DNA of 64,000 nucleotides from a virus (Duplodnaviria > Caudoviricetes): the IMG/VR virus record IMGVR_UViG_3300031555_003626, positions 128,001 through 192,000 of that record; one strand, written 5' to 3'. The notes under the pieces were generated by a model. It had not been told where the DNA came from, searched no databases, and saw only the letters and a list, made by a program, of their open reading frames with translations. The position numbers were made by a program, and so were the translations under genes. This document shows positions 1-9,726 of this stretch, in pieces; the stretch's first letter is position 1; every line of letters starts with the position of its first letter.

Positions 1-1
1 T

Positions 2-130
2 TTGATGGGTGCTTATAAAGCAGTCCAAGATGCCCAAGACGCTGAGAAACTTGCTCGTGCTGAAAGTGCTTATGATATTATCAGGAGACTTGCTACGCAG
101 CTTAAAGTAGAAAATCCTTGTGAAAAGTAA
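2..130 (+). CDS. 3' end of hypothetical protein (runs off window start)
   Basis: Open frame LMGAYKAVQDAQDAEKLARAE...PCEK* followed by a terminator-like hairpin. Confidence 0.6.
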   Translation: MMGAYKAVQDAQDAEKLARAESAYDIIRRLATQLKVENPCEK

Positions 131-141
131 ATTATAAATCT

Positions 142-173
142 TAAGAGATAGCTTAATTTTAAGCTATCTCTTA
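142..173 (+). terminator. Inverted-repeat terminator-like hairpin
   Basis: taagagatagctt / aagctatctctta perfect stem after a stop codon. Confidence 0.6.
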
Positions 174-186
174 TTGTATTATATTA
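173..186 (+). promoter_or_regulatory. Recurrent promoter motif AT(T/C)GTAT(A/T)AT (first copy)
   Basis: Same motif in about 18 intergenic gaps upstream of accessory gene blocks. Confidence 0.6.
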
Positions 187-215
187 TAAAGAAGATTTAT
201 TGGAGGATACTTTAA

Positions 216-395
216 ATGAACATGTATGAAGAACTTAAAGCCTGGGCAGATAAGTGGGGAGTTAAGTATACCGAGTATCCTGCAAATGAGAAATGGGTAT
301 TTAATATGCTCTATTTTGATAGTATGGATTATCAAGAACCTGCTTTTGAATATGACCCTAAAACTGGCGAATACAGATGGCGTGGAGGAGATTGA
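216..395 (+). CDS. Hypothetical protein (59 aa, below ORF-track cutoff)
   Basis: GGAGG RBS, ATG, MNMYEELKAWADKW... Confidence 0.7.
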   Translation: MNMYEELKAWADKWGVKYTEYPANEKWVFNMLYFDSMDYQEPAFEYDPKTGEYRWRGGD

Positions 396-398
396 TTA

Positions 399-614
399 GT
401 GAAAGCTAACGTTTGGAGAATTACTGGATACCGAGGTAGAAATGACTACGATGGCCCGGCAGATGATAATACTAAGTTAGATATTATATTTGATAGCCGG
501 CTCAAGAAAGAAGATGTTGAGGATATATTGTTTTACTACTGGGGTAAGAAATATCGCAGTGTTGCTATTAAAGCAGAGTTGCTTGAGGAGATAGAGTATG
601 GAAAAGTACTATAG
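399..614 (+). CDS. Hypothetical protein
   Basis: GGAGGAG RBS, GTG start, packed gene array. Confidence 0.7.
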   Translation: MKANVWRITGYRGRNDYDGPADDNTKLDIIFDSRLKKEDVEDILFYYWGKKYRSVAIKAELLEEIEYGKVL

Positions 615-1056
615 AGTAAATGACGTTAATGAGATACTTAATAAGCTCGCCAAAGAGCCTGCTTATCAGCATGACGGAGAAGATTTTTATGCTGGAGTTT
701 ATACTGTCGAGGACGTGCTTGCAGACCTAGAGGAAATAGAAGCAGATATAGATGAGCTTAAGAAAGAAGTCGCTGACCTGAATAACCGTCGTCACTTGAT
801 CTGGGCTATCGGAGTAGACTATGACGGATGTAATACAGTAGAGAGTTTAAAGGAACTTATTGATGAACTTGTTTCTTATACTCAGCTGCCGCGGGAGCAG
901 GTTCCTGATATTACTTCCAGAACTGGTAAGTGGATCAGAGTGGATAATCATCGTTGGAAGTGCACAGCATGTGGCAAGGAAACAGATCTTCCGCATTATG
1001 ACGGAGCTTACTATTGTTTTAATTGTGGTGCAAAGATGAAGGAGGAGAATAGCTAA
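598..1056 (+). CDS. Hypothetical protein with C-terminal Zn-ribbon
   Basis: W..CTAC...YCFNCGAKM motif. Confidence 0.75.
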   Translation: MEKYYRVNDVNEILNKLAKEPAYQHDGEDFYAGVYTVEDVLADLEEIEADIDELKKEVADLNNRRHLIWAIGVDYDGCNTVESLKELIDELVSYTQLPREQVPDITSRTGKWIRVDNHRWKCTACGKETDLPHYDGAYYCFNCGAKMKEENS

Positions 1057-1247
1057 TGAAAGTATATGTAGTTATGGAAGAGGTTACGATCGCCGGGCAA
1101 GAGTGTGAAAGAGTGATGGGAGTTTTTTCTTCTAATGAAAAGGCTAGCAGGGCTGCTAAAGAATACGAGCAGTGCGTTAATGATTCTTGTTGGGCTTATA
1201 AATATTACTGGATTGAGCGTGAGGTAGATAAAGTATGGGAGGAATAA
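1056..1247 (+). CDS. Hypothetical protein
   Basis: AGGAG RBS, TAATG overlap, MKVYVV...GVFSS phage-type motif. Confidence 0.7.
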   Translation: MKVYVVMEEVTIAGQECERVMGVFSSNEKASRAAKEYEQCVNDSCWAYKYYWIEREVDKVWEE

Positions 1248-1627
1248 CTGTTATTAATACTGAGCCTTATAAGTTTCAGCCAGTTCCGGAAGTAGGAAAG
1301 GAATATCATATCTTTGACGACGGTAAGTTGAGTATGAGCAGACATTATACTGCAACAATACAGAAGCTTATTTACCCAGAGGAAGCTTACGAGATTACTG
1401 ATTTGTATAAAGCTTGGGAAGAGCAAGTAAGAGAGTGTTATTGGTTATTTGCTCAGGACACTGATTATTTTATTATGGCAAAATCTAATTTTGATTCAGA
1501 ACCTTTGTACTTTGTAAGAACAGTAGACGGTGGTTGGTTCTCGATAGATTATCCTAATGTTTGGATGGGAGCCCGACTTGATATAGACGGAAGCTTATAT
1601 AATAAGATGATGAAAGATTATGCTTAA
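1235..1627 (+). CDS. Hypothetical protein (start uncertain)
   Basis: Co-oriented ORF in array. Confidence 0.7.
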   Translation: MGGITVINTEPYKFQPVPEVGKEYHIFDDGKLSMSRHYTATIQKLIYPEEAYEITDLYKAWEEQVRECYWLFAQDTDYFIMAKSNFDSEPLYFVRTVDGGWFSIDYPNVWMGARLDIDGSLYNKMMKDYA

Positions 1628-1639
1628 GGAGAATAACCA

Positions 1640-2035
1640 ATGAGAAAGTATGATTACGACCAGTTGATTAAAGAAGGTTATAAAATTGAAAATGCCGTTA
1701 TTAAAGATGTAGATTTGAGTATGGCAGACCACGGATGCCTTACTCTTGCTATGACTCTCGACGGTGGCGGATGGAGCGTTGTTTATGGTGGCTATTGTCT
1801 CGGCAAAGGTTATCTTGGAGCCGATGATGATTTCTTTAGTGGTAGTGCTGCGGGTATGGAATACTTGACAAGAATCATGGATATCGTTGGTGTAGAAAGA
1901 TTTCAGAACCTAAAGGGCAAGTATGTTCGTGTTGCTACCAAAGGCTGGGGAGGCTCTGTTAAGATTATTGGTAACATTATTAAAGACCAGTGGTTTGACG
2001 CAGAAACCTTTTTCTCTGATAAAAAGGAGCATTGA
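1640..2035 (+). CDS. Hypothetical phage protein
   Basis: AAGGAG RBS, co-oriented ORF. Confidence 0.75.
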   Translation: MRKYDYDQLIKEGYKIENAVIKDVDLSMADHGCLTLAMTLDGGGWSVVYGGYCLGKGYLGADDDFFSGSAAGMEYLTRIMDIVGVERFQNLKGKYVRVATKGWGGSVKIIGNIIKDQWFDAETFFSDKKEH

Positions 2036-2316
2036 TGTTGAAGAATAAAATACCTTTTGAAGAGCTTCCTGTAGAAGAACAGTTCAAAAAAGTATTCGGG
2101 AACTACGAAAGAACTATTCAGGAAAGAGTTCTTTACGATGTACTGACTGAATTCTATTTTGCTGACTGGACCAGGAAGTGTGACTATGAGAAAATGACTT
2201 CAGAAGAAGTTGTTGAGGCAGCTATGACTGTTTGTAAGAAACTAGAAGAGAAATATAATTATTCTTTAGATGATGACTTCTTTAGCAGAGGCGTATCTAA
2301 TGATATAGATTGGTGA
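2035..2316 (+). CDS. Hypothetical protein
   Basis: TGATG overlap, AGGAG RBS. Confidence 0.7.
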   Translation: MLKNKIPFEELPVEEQFKKVFGNYERTIQERVLYDVLTEFYFADWTRKCDYEKMTSEEVVEAAMTVCKKLEEKYNYSLDDDFFSRGVSNDIDW

Positions 2317-2326
2317 GGACAAAATA

Positions 2327-2527
2327 ATGGATGATATTATTATGCCAGATGGCGATTATACTATTAGAATTCCTAAGAGAGTGGCAACAATAAAACTCTG
2401 TGGTGGCGCTATGACATTTTATATAGATGACACTATGCAGTGGCAGAGGCCAACAGACGAGCAAATATATAACCTTAAAAATTTGTTTTGCATTGAGGTT
2501 ATTCCGGAGGACGATAATGAAATTTAA
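2327..2527 (+). CDS. Hypothetical protein
   Basis: GAGG RBS. Confidence 0.65.
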   Translation: MDDIIMPDGDYTIRIPKRVATIKLCGGAMTFYIDDTMQWQRPTDEQIYNLKNLFCIEVIPEDDNEI

Positions 2528-2813
2528 AGATATTGAGACAACACCGGAAGAAGTTGCGCAATTTCTTAAAGATGTTGGTTTTGAAGGTTTTGATCCCAAC
2601 GAGATTGAGGTTAGTGATTGTCCAACTCTAGAAGATCAAATGAAAGCCATTGAGGAGAGATTTGTAATGCTAGACGATCTTTATGAAATTGCTATTGAGC
2701 TTGATTCACGTGAAACATCTAATAATTGCGTAGTAGACCGTCTTCAGTCTTTTGGTTGGGACGAGCTCTGCGATAAAGGCATAGAGATACTAGAAAAACT
2801 TAAGAAGATATAA
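2517..2813 (+). CDS. Hypothetical protein
   Basis: GGAGG RBS before ATG at 2517. Confidence 0.7.
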   Translation: MKFKDIETTPEEVAQFLKDVGFEGFDPNEIEVSDCPTLEDQMKAIEERFVMLDDLYEIAIELDSRETSNNCVVDRLQSFGWDELCDKGIEILEKLKKI

Positions 2814-2826
2814 AGGAAGGTAATTT

Positions 2827-3369
2827 ATGAATAAACCTATTGTTGTTAATTTGACCGGAGCACCGGGAGCTGGTAAGAGCACTGGTGCAGCAAAAATTTT
2901 TAGTGAGCTTAAGCTACTTGGTATTAACTGTGAGCTTGTCGGCGAGTTTGCAAAGGATAAGACTTGGGAGCATAATATTACTGCCCTAAATTGTCAGGAG
3001 TATATCTTTGGTAAGCAGTCCTACAGACTTGCTAGATGTAGAAATGAAGTAGATGTTATTGTTACAGACAGTCCGCTTCCGCTTACTATTATTTATACTA
3101 AAGATGAAAAGATTAAAGAACCACTTACTGCGTTGGCTATGGCTGTATATAATTCTTATGATAATATTAACTTCTTTATAAATAGAGTTAAGCCTTATAA
3201 TCCTAAGGGTCGTAATCAGACGGCCGAAGAAAGTGATGCTCTGAGCACAGAAATTAAGGAACTGTATCAGAGATTAAATATTCCGTATACTGAAATCACT
3301 GGCGATGAGGAAGGCTATCAGAAAGCTATTGCTAAAGTAGTGACTAAACTTAATACTATAAATAATTAA
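2827..3369 (+). CDS. P-loop NTPase/kinase, NadR/AAA_28-like
   Basis: Walker A GAPGAGKST, V.EFA, VIVTDSP, GR.Q motifs. Confidence 0.75.
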   Translation: MNKPIVVNLTGAPGAGKSTGAAKIFSELKLLGINCELVGEFAKDKTWEHNITALNCQEYIFGKQSYRLARCRNEVDVIVTDSPLPLTIIYTKDEKIKEPLTALAMAVYNSYDNINFFINRVKPYNPKGRNQTAEESDALSTEIKELYQRLNIPYTEITGDEEGYQKAIAKVVTKLNTINN

Positions 3370-3378
3370 AAATAAATT

Positions 3379-3412
3379 AACAGCTATTTCTTTTACAGAA
3401 GTAGCTGTTTTT
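3379..3412 (+). terminator. Rho-independent terminator
   Basis: aacagctatttc / gaagtagctgtt stem plus T tract. Confidence 0.65.
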
Positions 3413-3466
3413 CTATATCTGATATTGTATTATATAATAAGAAAACTTATTTTGAGGTGCTAAGAT

Positions 3467-3832
3467 ATGTCAAAGCTTAAGATTAAAACTCATACTACTT
3501 ATACTTATGAAACTACTGACGGCAGAGAATTCGAAGACCAGTCTGAGGCTCAGGAGTGGCAGGACCATTTAGAAAATATTACTGGCACCGTAATGCTTGA
3601 TCATAATTTTTGTAATACTACCAGAGTAGACGAAGCTATGTATGTACATGTTAAAACTGAGGCTCAGCTCAAAGCTTTTGAAGCTATCAATTCTTATGAA
3701 GGCATGTGTGCGAAGATTGATGCTCTCGGCTACTGGTACTATGATGAGCGCACAGATAATTATGTAAGCGTAAATAAGGAAATGTATAGGCTTCAGAGCA
3801 TTATTGAAACTCTTGATGTTCTTGGAAAGTGA
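3467..3832 (+). CDS. Hypothetical protein
   Basis: GAGGTG RBS; Y.T.DG..F motif shared with 26489 and 56293 ORFs. Confidence 0.75.
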   Translation: MSKLKIKTHTTYTYETTDGREFEDQSEAQEWQDHLENITGTVMLDHNFCNTTRVDEAMYVHVKTEAQLKAFEAINSYEGMCAKIDALGYWYYDERTDNYVSVNKEMYRLQSIIETLDVLGK

Positions 3833-3839
3833 GGATACG

Positions 3840-4994
3840 ATGTTTAATACTGAACTTGGCTTGTTTTGCTATATGCACGATAACTGGGAAGAGCTTTTGA
3901 CTCAAGAGCCTTATTATCTTAAGATAAAGGAAGACGGCCCTTATGTAATTTTTAACTATGACCAGCTCAGATCAGATTTTTCTAATCATATTGTTCAGGA
4001 AGCTAGAGGCATTATCTTTAAAAGAGATGATTGGACTCATCCTGTTTGTTGGCCGTTTATGAAGTTTTTTAATGCAGGAGAGCCAAACGCAGCAGAGATT
4101 GATTGGTCTACCGCTTTCGTATCTGAGAAGGTCGACGGCTCTCTAATTAAGGTATGGTGGGATGGTTCTTGGAAGATCTCTACTAATGGAACTATTGATG
4201 CTTATAAGGCAGAGATTGGTGACGCTAGAATGCCTGACTTCGGAACTTACTTTACTGAAACTATTCATACATACTATACTACCTGCAGTAGTTTTCTTTG
4301 TGAGCTTGACTCGGACCTTACCTATATGTTTGAGTTGGTAGGCCCTTATAACAGAGTAGTTATTCCTTACGAAGAGCCTGATATCTATTTCCTTGGAGCT
4401 CGTAATAAGTATACCGGAGAAGAGCTTAACTGTTCTCCTTTGGCTGCTGGTGCTCTTGGTATGGGAAGATTTAAGTTGCCTAAGCAGTACCCTTTTAATA
4501 CTTTGGAGCATTGTATTAAGGTTACTGAGAATTTCCCTTGGGACGCAGAAGGCGTTGTAGCCTGTGATGCTAATTTTAACCGTGTTAAGATAAAGTCGCC
4601 TGCTTATGTTATGGCGCACTTCGCCCGGAATAATAATGTGATCAATAGAAAGCATCTTATCAACGTAATCCTTACTAATGAGGTAGAAGAGTTTCTTTGT
4701 TATGCCGCCGACTACAAGGAAGAGCTCGAGAAGGTACAGAATCTTATGAAGGCTTACTATAAGGTAGGCGATCAGATTGCTAAGTCCTGTCAGCGACTCT
4801 ATGATATTCCTAAAAAGACTTATGCTTACTGGGTACAGACTCTTCCTAAGATTTATCAGGACCTTGCTTTCAGAAATTATAATAACATTATGTCTACTAA
4901 GGATTATACCGCCGGCTGGAATGAGAATAAGTGGGACCAGTATCTTGATGAGTTTGAAAAGCTTAAGGAGGTTTTGTTTGATGGCAAAAATTGA
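3840..4994 (+). CDS. RNA ligase, T4 Rnl1 (RnlA)-like
   Basis: EARGIIF, KFFN, motif I EKVDGSLI, FEL, EGVV, KIKS. Confidence 0.85.
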   Translation: MFNTELGLFCYMHDNWEELLTQEPYYLKIKEDGPYVIFNYDQLRSDFSNHIVQEARGIIFKRDDWTHPVCWPFMKFFNAGEPNAAEIDWSTAFVSEKVDGSLIKVWWDGSWKISTNGTIDAYKAEIGDARMPDFGTYFTETIHTYYTTCSSFLCELDSDLTYMFELVGPYNRVVIPYEEPDIYFLGARNKYTGEELNCSPLAAGALGMGRFKLPKQYPFNTLEHCIKVTENFPWDAEGVVACDANFNRVKIKSPAYVMAHFARNNNVINRKHLINVILTNEVEEFLCYAADYKEELEKVQNLMKAYYKVGDQIAKSCQRLYDIPKKTYAYWVQTLPKIYQDLAFRNYNNIMSTKDYTAGWNENKWDQYLDEFEKLKEVLFDGKN

Positions 4995-5232
4995 ATATTA
5001 TAAAGAAAGTAAGGAAACGGTAGACCTGCCTAATTGTTTCTGCGGTGAAGAGCCTGAGCTTATAGAGGATTATGATGACGTTGGCGACTACAGATACCAT
5101 CACGTTAGAATACAGTGTCCTTATTGCGGAGCCCATACAGACAGTCGAGGCTGGAATACTTTTAATCCTTATCATGTAGCTGTTGAGAAAGCTATTGAAG
5201 ATTGGATTAAGATGATTAGGAGAGAAAAGTAA
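4981..5232 (+). CDS. Lar-like zinc-finger protein
   Basis: CFCG...CPYCG...AIEDW pattern. Confidence 0.55.
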   Translation: MAKIEYYKESKETVDLPNCFCGEEPELIEDYDDVGDYRYHHVRIQCPYCGAHTDSRGWNTFNPYHVAVEKAIEDWIKMIRREK

Positions 5233-5585
5233 TGACTGGTGTAGAAATTTTAAATGAAATTCAAGTAGTAACAGAATCCAGTTTTGGTTGGACTGCTTTC
5301 TGGATTACATTTAGCATAATCTTTGGTATTTTTATAATTATTGGTATAATTCTATCAATAACTGAAGGCCCCGATTTAATAGGCTGGATAGCTCTAGTAG
5401 GTTTCGGAATATTTATAAGTCTACTTTTTGGATTTCTATTTGGAGTATATTGTGAAACGCCTGCTAAATATGAAACACATTATCAAGTTATTATAGATGA
5501 CTCAGTATCAATGAATGATTTTCTAAATAAATATGAAATTATTAATACTGAAGGAAAAATTCTTACTGTAAGGGAGCGAGATTAA
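5232..5585 (+). CDS. Hypothetical membrane protein
   Basis: Two hydrophobic segments. Confidence 0.75.
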   Translation: MTGVEILNEIQVVTESSFGWTAFWITFSIIFGIFIIIGIILSITEGPDLIGWIALVGFGIFISLLFGFLFGVYCETPAKYETHYQVIIDDSVSMNDFLNKYEIINTEGKILTVRERD

Positions 5586-5807
5586 ATGAGAGGATCTATT
5601 GGAGTACACGCTGCACATTGTTGTAAGTGGCATGGTTGTAAGTACGGCGACCCGGATTGTCCTGTAGCTAACGGAGAAGTTGAACAGGAATATCTTTGTG
5701 AGGATTGCAGTACTGTTTTAGAGGAAGAAGAGTACTATAAGAGAATGGCTCGTGAGATAGACGATATTAAAGAATGGTGGGAGGTGAAAAAGAAAAATGG
5801 CAAATAA
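5586..5807 (+). CDS. Hypothetical Cys/His-rich protein
   Basis: HCCKWHGCKYGD.DCPV motif. Confidence 0.7.
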   Translation: MRGSIGVHAAHCCKWHGCKYGDPDCPVANGEVEQEYLCEDCSTVLEEEEYYKRMAREIDDIKEWWEVKKKNGK

Positions 5808-6033
5808 GAGATTTACTATTGATTGTGAGATGCCTGAAAGATGGGTAAATGATTTCTGTTCTTTCTTGAGACAACTTGAACGTAATGGTAATATAGGTCA
5901 TTCTTCGCTTATTGGTTTTTATGCTGATGGCGATGGAGACTTTAGACCTAAGTTCAGTATTAATGTAGATTATACAGAGACCGAGGGTAGAGAGACTTCT
6001 TGGTTTCCTGAAGTAATGTTTGATGCGGGGTAA
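5797..6033 (+). CDS. Hypothetical phage protein
   Basis: GGAGG RBS; DGDGDFRPKF motif. Confidence 0.7.
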   Translation: MANKRFTIDCEMPERWVNDFCSFLRQLERNGNIGHSSLIGFYADGDGDFRPKFSINVDYTETEGRETSWFPEVMFDAG

Positions 6034-6037
6034 ACTT

Positions 6038-6334
6038 ATGAGTAAAAATTATATGTATGTTTCACCAAATCCAGTAGAAAATTTGTTTCATAACATCCTT
6101 TATCACGCCGAAAATTTTGAGATGAGAACAGGTTATAAGCCGACTATCTTTATCACACCGGATTTGTTTAATTCTTTGGCAGTTAATTATAAATATGATC
6201 TAAGATTTACTGTCGCAAAAGATGAGCCCGATACTTTTTGCGGTTATCCTATTGAACAAATAAGAAGTAATAAGAGCAGTGTTTCTATTGGGTATAAAAT
6301 TTTAGATGAAGAGCCAGCTGAAAGGGAAAGATAA
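6038..6334 (+). CDS. Hypothetical protein
   Basis: Co-oriented ORF in array. Confidence 0.65.
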   Translation: MSKNYMYVSPNPVENLFHNILYHAENFEMRTGYKPTIFITPDLFNSLAVNYKYDLRFTVAKDEPDTFCGYPIEQIRSNKSSVSIGYKILDEEPAERER

Positions 6335-6634
6335 GTGGATAAGTATATAAAAGCTAATGAACTAGTCGATAGAGTTATCGAGAGCATGAATTATAATCCG
6401 CATAATAATCCTCTGCAGAGTCAGAATCACATAGCTGAACACAGACATTTCATACATATGATTGATTCTATAAAGGCAGAAGATGTTATTCTTGCGAGGT
6501 ACGGAACTTGGAGTCCTGAACCAGATGAAGAAATGCCAGACCCTATGTTTAAGCACGTAGTCTGTTCAGCGTGTAAAGGAAAAGCAAATACTACATATAA
6601 GTTTTGTCCTTGTTGTGGGGCAAAGATGAATTAA
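6335..6634 (+). CDS. Hypothetical protein with C-terminal Zn-ribbon
   Basis: CSAC...FCPCCGAKM. Confidence 0.7.
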   Translation: MDKYIKANELVDRVIESMNYNPHNNPLQSQNHIAEHRHFIHMIDSIKAEDVILARYGTWSPEPDEEMPDPMFKHVVCSACKGKANTTYKFCPCCGAKMN

Positions 6635-6739
6635 AAAATAAATGTGAATGATTTATTAACAAATTATTCACATTTTTTATTTATACGGTCGATCCTAATA
6701 TTGTATTATATAATAATGAAATTTATTTTGGAGGACTTT

Positions 6740-6913
6740 ATGAGCGAGCGCAAAAGATATAAGAAGACCTGCCCGTTTTGTGGAGCAGAATGTGAGAACT
6801 TTGAGGGCTCAAACTTATTCTGTAATTGCAATGCCAAATACTACTACTTTGATAAGGTCTGGCTTGATAGAAATACCGGTAAAGAAGTATGGGATAAGGA
6901 GACCGAGAAATGA
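6740..6913 (+). CDS. Small Zn-finger protein
   Basis: GGAGG RBS before ATG 6740; CPFC...CNC. Confidence 0.65.
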   Translation: MSERKRYKKTCPFCGAECENFEGSNLFCNCNAKYYYFDKVWLDRNTGKEVWDKETEK

Positions 6914-7095
6914 AATGGAATGTAAGTGTAAGCATAATGCTTACTATGGATTATGATGACATTGAGGCCGACACTGAAGAGGAAGCTAAGGATATTGCTA
7001 AAGAAAAAGCCGATGAGGATCTTTGGTTTGACAATGCTACCTTTGACGGCTTTACCAGTTGCATTGCCTGGTCGGACGAGGAGGCAGATGAATGA
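6910..7095 (+). CDS. Hypothetical acidic protein
   Basis: ATGA overlap; IEADTEEEA motif. Confidence 0.7.
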   Translation: MKWNVSVSIMLTMDYDDIEADTEEEAKDIAKEKADEDLWFDNATFDGFTSCIAWSDEEADE

Positions 7096-7268
7096 GCTGT
7101 AAGTGGTGTAAGTTTTGTAAATATGGATATCCTCACTTTGAAAAAGGAAAATGTGTAGTTTACTGTAATTTATCAGTTCTTAGCTACCCGGTGCAGAAAG
7201 ACCCGTTTGATACCTGTAAAGACTTTGAAAGTGAGGAAGAGAATAATGAAGATACTGAACTTACTTAA
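7092..7268 (+). CDS. Small Cys-rich hypothetical protein (58 aa, not in track)
   Basis: GGAGG RBS, ATGA overlap, MSCKWCKFC...C.DF. Confidence 0.65.
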   Translation: MSCKWCKFCKYGYPHFEKGKCVVYCNLSVLSYPVQKDPFDTCKDFESEEENNEDTELT

Positions 7269-7521
7269 GAAACGAGCTAATTTTTCTATGATAAAAAAGT
7301 GCCCTTTTTGCGGCGGCATACCTAAGTTATCACGATGTGGTGACCAAAGAGACCTTTGGTATGTTCGATGTACGGAATGCTGTGAAACACCTATTGACTG
7401 GGGTGAAGCAAAAGTAAACCCTGATAGTGCTGTAAAGATTTATAATAAAAGAGCAGAATACGCTGAGCACCTTATAAGAATATATAATCGAGTTAAGGAG
7501 AAGAAAAATGAAATACAGTAA
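7246..7521 (+). CDS. Lar family (restriction alleviation-like) Zn-finger protein
   Basis: KKCPFCGG...VRCTEC...AVKIYNKR. Confidence 0.65.
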   Translation: MKILNLLKKRANFSMIKKCPFCGGIPKLSRCGDQRDLWYVRCTECCETPIDWGEAKVNPDSAVKIYNKRAEYAEHLIRIYNRVKEKKNEIQ

Positions 7522-8104
7522 AGATGATATTATTGAGGCACTTAGGTGCTGCAGTCTTAACGGACGTAATTCCTGTGAAACTTGTCCGCTTAAAGAGGAG
7601 TGCGAAGAAAGCCCGCTCGAAAGTGTTATTGCTAAATATACTCTTGATGTAGTTAACGACATCGTACATAAAAATAAAAAGCTTACTGAAGAGCGAGATA
7701 CTTTTAAAGAAGCTTTTTATAATTATCAGAACTGGATAAACAGTATTGGTGCTTATGAGTCTGAGGGTTATGAAAGGTCCGCTGCTAAAGCTGCTGCCGA
7801 AATGGATATGTGGCGATGTGTCGCTGCTGAGAAGCAGACCTTACAGGACCAAAATAAAAGACTAATAGCCGACACTGAAGAGCTCTATAAAGAAATGGTT
7901 GAACGAATAGCAGAGGAGCGTAAAATTGAGAGAAAGCTTACTCTAAGACGCGTACATGCAAATTTATTAAGATATACTGAAAGTGTTGGTGAGTGCACTA
8001 CAGATAACCCGTTGGCAGAAACTTACTCAGTAGTCAGAGAAGAAGATATAGACCAAGTAATAAATGAAATGCTGGAGGACTGCGATGGCAAGAAAGGTGC
8101 TTAA
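7508..8104 (+). CDS. Hypothetical protein, N-terminal Cys cluster plus coiled coil
   Basis: ALRCC...C..CPL...C. Confidence 0.75.
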   Translation: MKYSKDDIIEALRCCSLNGRNSCETCPLKEECEESPLESVIAKYTLDVVNDIVHKNKKLTEERDTFKEAFYNYQNWINSIGAYESEGYERSAAKAAAEMDMWRCVAAEKQTLQDQNKRLIADTEELYKEMVERIAEERKIERKLTLRRVHANLLRYTESVGECTTDNPLAETYSVVREEDIDQVINEMLEDCDGKKGA

Positions 8105-8423
8105 GAATACGCCTAAGACAAAGAAATATTTAGACAGTCTGCCTAAGGTCTACGGGCTTTTTCTCTGGGCTAAGTGGGGCATGCTTGAGCTACCTTGGTC
8201 TGGCAAATATACTAAAGGTGATATTGCAGTTCCTTTAGTTTATCATTACTACGACGCCAATGGAATGTGCGATGAATATCATTTAGTGCCAATTAATAGT
8301 TGCTCAAGTGGCGCTTTCTGGGATTGGTATGAGTTTAAAAATAATGCTGAAGAAGTACAGGAAATACTTAACGAAGCCTTAAGCAGAGGAGAAATTGGTT
8401 ATAGTGAAGGAGAAGATATTTAA
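8085..8423 (+). CDS. Hypothetical protein
   Basis: GGAGG RBS before ATG 8085. Confidence 0.7.
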   Translation: MARKVLKNTPKTKKYLDSLPKVYGLFLWAKWGMLELPWSGKYTKGDIAVPLVYHYYDANGMCDEYHLVPINSCSSGAFWDWYEFKNNAEEVQEILNEALSRGEIGYSEGEDI

Positions 8424-8632
8424 TGAGATGGCCTTATAAATCTAAAACAGTATACGATCGAATTAAAAGACGATTTGCTCTTTTTCCAGTTGCAATAAAG
8501 GATACTTGGGTCTGGCTTGAACACTACTACAGCTTTTCTTGGGAAGATTATGGTGGTCCTAACATAGTACGTTTCTATACCTATGAGTCGGCAAAGGAGT
8601 GGGTGAGATCTTGGGAGGAAGATGGTGAATAA
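8423..8632 (+). CDS. Hypothetical protein
   Basis: TAATG overlap; RFALFPV...WVWLE. Confidence 0.7.
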   Translation: MRWPYKSKTVYDRIKRRFALFPVAIKDTWVWLEHYYSFSWEDYGGPNIVRFYTYESAKEWVRSWEEDGE

Positions 8633-8948
8633 TTTTGAAAACTTAAAAAAGATGTCTTTAGAGGACTTTGCGGCTTGGCTTGACGAGAATGGTATGTTTG
8701 ATAACTCGTCTTGGACAAACTGGTTCGCTAAGAAGTATTGTGATAATTGTGAGTCTATTGAATGCCGTTATGTAGAGGCAAAAGAAAAGCTCGGTATTAC
8801 ACCTTTTTATGATGATACTATCGAATGTGCCTATTGTGAGTTAGCCGACGAGTCTGGCATAAAGAGATGCAGATTTTTCCCGGATTTGGATGATATACCA
8901 AACAATAGAGAAGTTATTAAAATGTGGCTTGAGGAGGAGGCAGAATAA
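8622..8948 (+). CDS. Hypothetical Cys-containing protein
   Basis: GGAGG RBS; NFE.LK.MS.E...WL motif. Confidence 0.7.
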   Translation: MVNNFENLKKMSLEDFAAWLDENGMFDNSSWTNWFAKKYCDNCESIECRYVEAKEKLGITPFYDDTIECAYCELADESGIKRCRFFPDLDDIPNNREVIKMWLEEEAE

Positions 8949-9203
8949 ATGAGTTATTATAGTGAAACTTTTGAGCGACCGGAGATCGGAGAAACTATTT
9001 ATTTCATCGGCTATGGTATTGTAGAAGCTCTTAAGATTGTAAAGATTACTACAGAAGAAACCGAAGAGCAATTTATTGGATACGTGGATGCTTGCAGATC
9101 TGATGGTACTACTGAGAGTATCGGTTTTAATGTTTTCGGCGAGCTTGCTTTTGTATACAAAGAAGAGGCTGAAGTGGCTTTGAGCCAGGTGGAGGTAGAA
9201 TGA
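8949..9203 (+). CDS. Hypothetical protein
   Basis: P.IGETIY...F..KEEAE module. Confidence 0.7.
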   Translation: MSYYSETFERPEIGETIYFIGYGIVEALKIVKITTEETEEQFIGYVDACRSDGTTESIGFNVFGELAFVYKEEAEVALSQVEVE

Positions 9204-9409
9204 AAAGAAAACAATACTTATATGCCATTTCTTATTGGTGTACGGACAAAGAGGGACGAAGTGGTCAGAGCTGTAGTTTAATTACCCGCCCTACTAAAAT
9301 TAACACTGTAAATAGCTTCTATGATATGTCTGACTATCTTAGAGAACGTAATCAATTTAAGACTATTGCAATTTGTAATATTATGCTGCTTGGTAAGGTG
9401 AAAGTATGA
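9200..9409 (+). CDS. Hypothetical protein
   Basis: ATGA overlap, GGAGG RBS. Confidence 0.65.
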   Translation: MKRKQYLYAISYWCTDKEGRSGQSCSLITRPTKINTVNSFYDMSDYLRERNQFKTIAICNIMLLGKVKV

Positions 9410-9726
9410 AGATTGACGATTATGTTTCAGGTACAGCTTTTATAAGATTGTATAGAAGTCATTTTAAGTATGAGGAAGACTTTGAAAATATTTTAAGATT
9501 TCTTAAGATGTCTGAGAGGAATACTTTTATTGACCTGCCTGTTTATGAGAATGAAGTAAAAGGATCTTTTAGAGATTTTCCCGGAACTCGTCATGCTAAG
9601 TGGTCTAGGTATTCTTCTACAATGATGGAATGTAGCGCTTGTAAGAAGCATGTTCCGTATCACAGATATTACTATTATTGTCCGCAGTGCGGTTCAAAGA
9701 TGGAGTTTGCCGATGAAAACATGTAA
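9406..9726 (+). CDS. Hypothetical protein with C-terminal Zn-ribbon
   Basis: CSAC...YCPQCGSKM. Confidence 0.7.
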   Translation: MKIDDYVSGTAFIRLYRSHFKYEEDFENILRFLKMSERNTFIDLPVYENEVKGSFRDFPGTRHAKWSRYSSTMMECSACKKHVPYHRYYYYCPQCGSKMEFADENM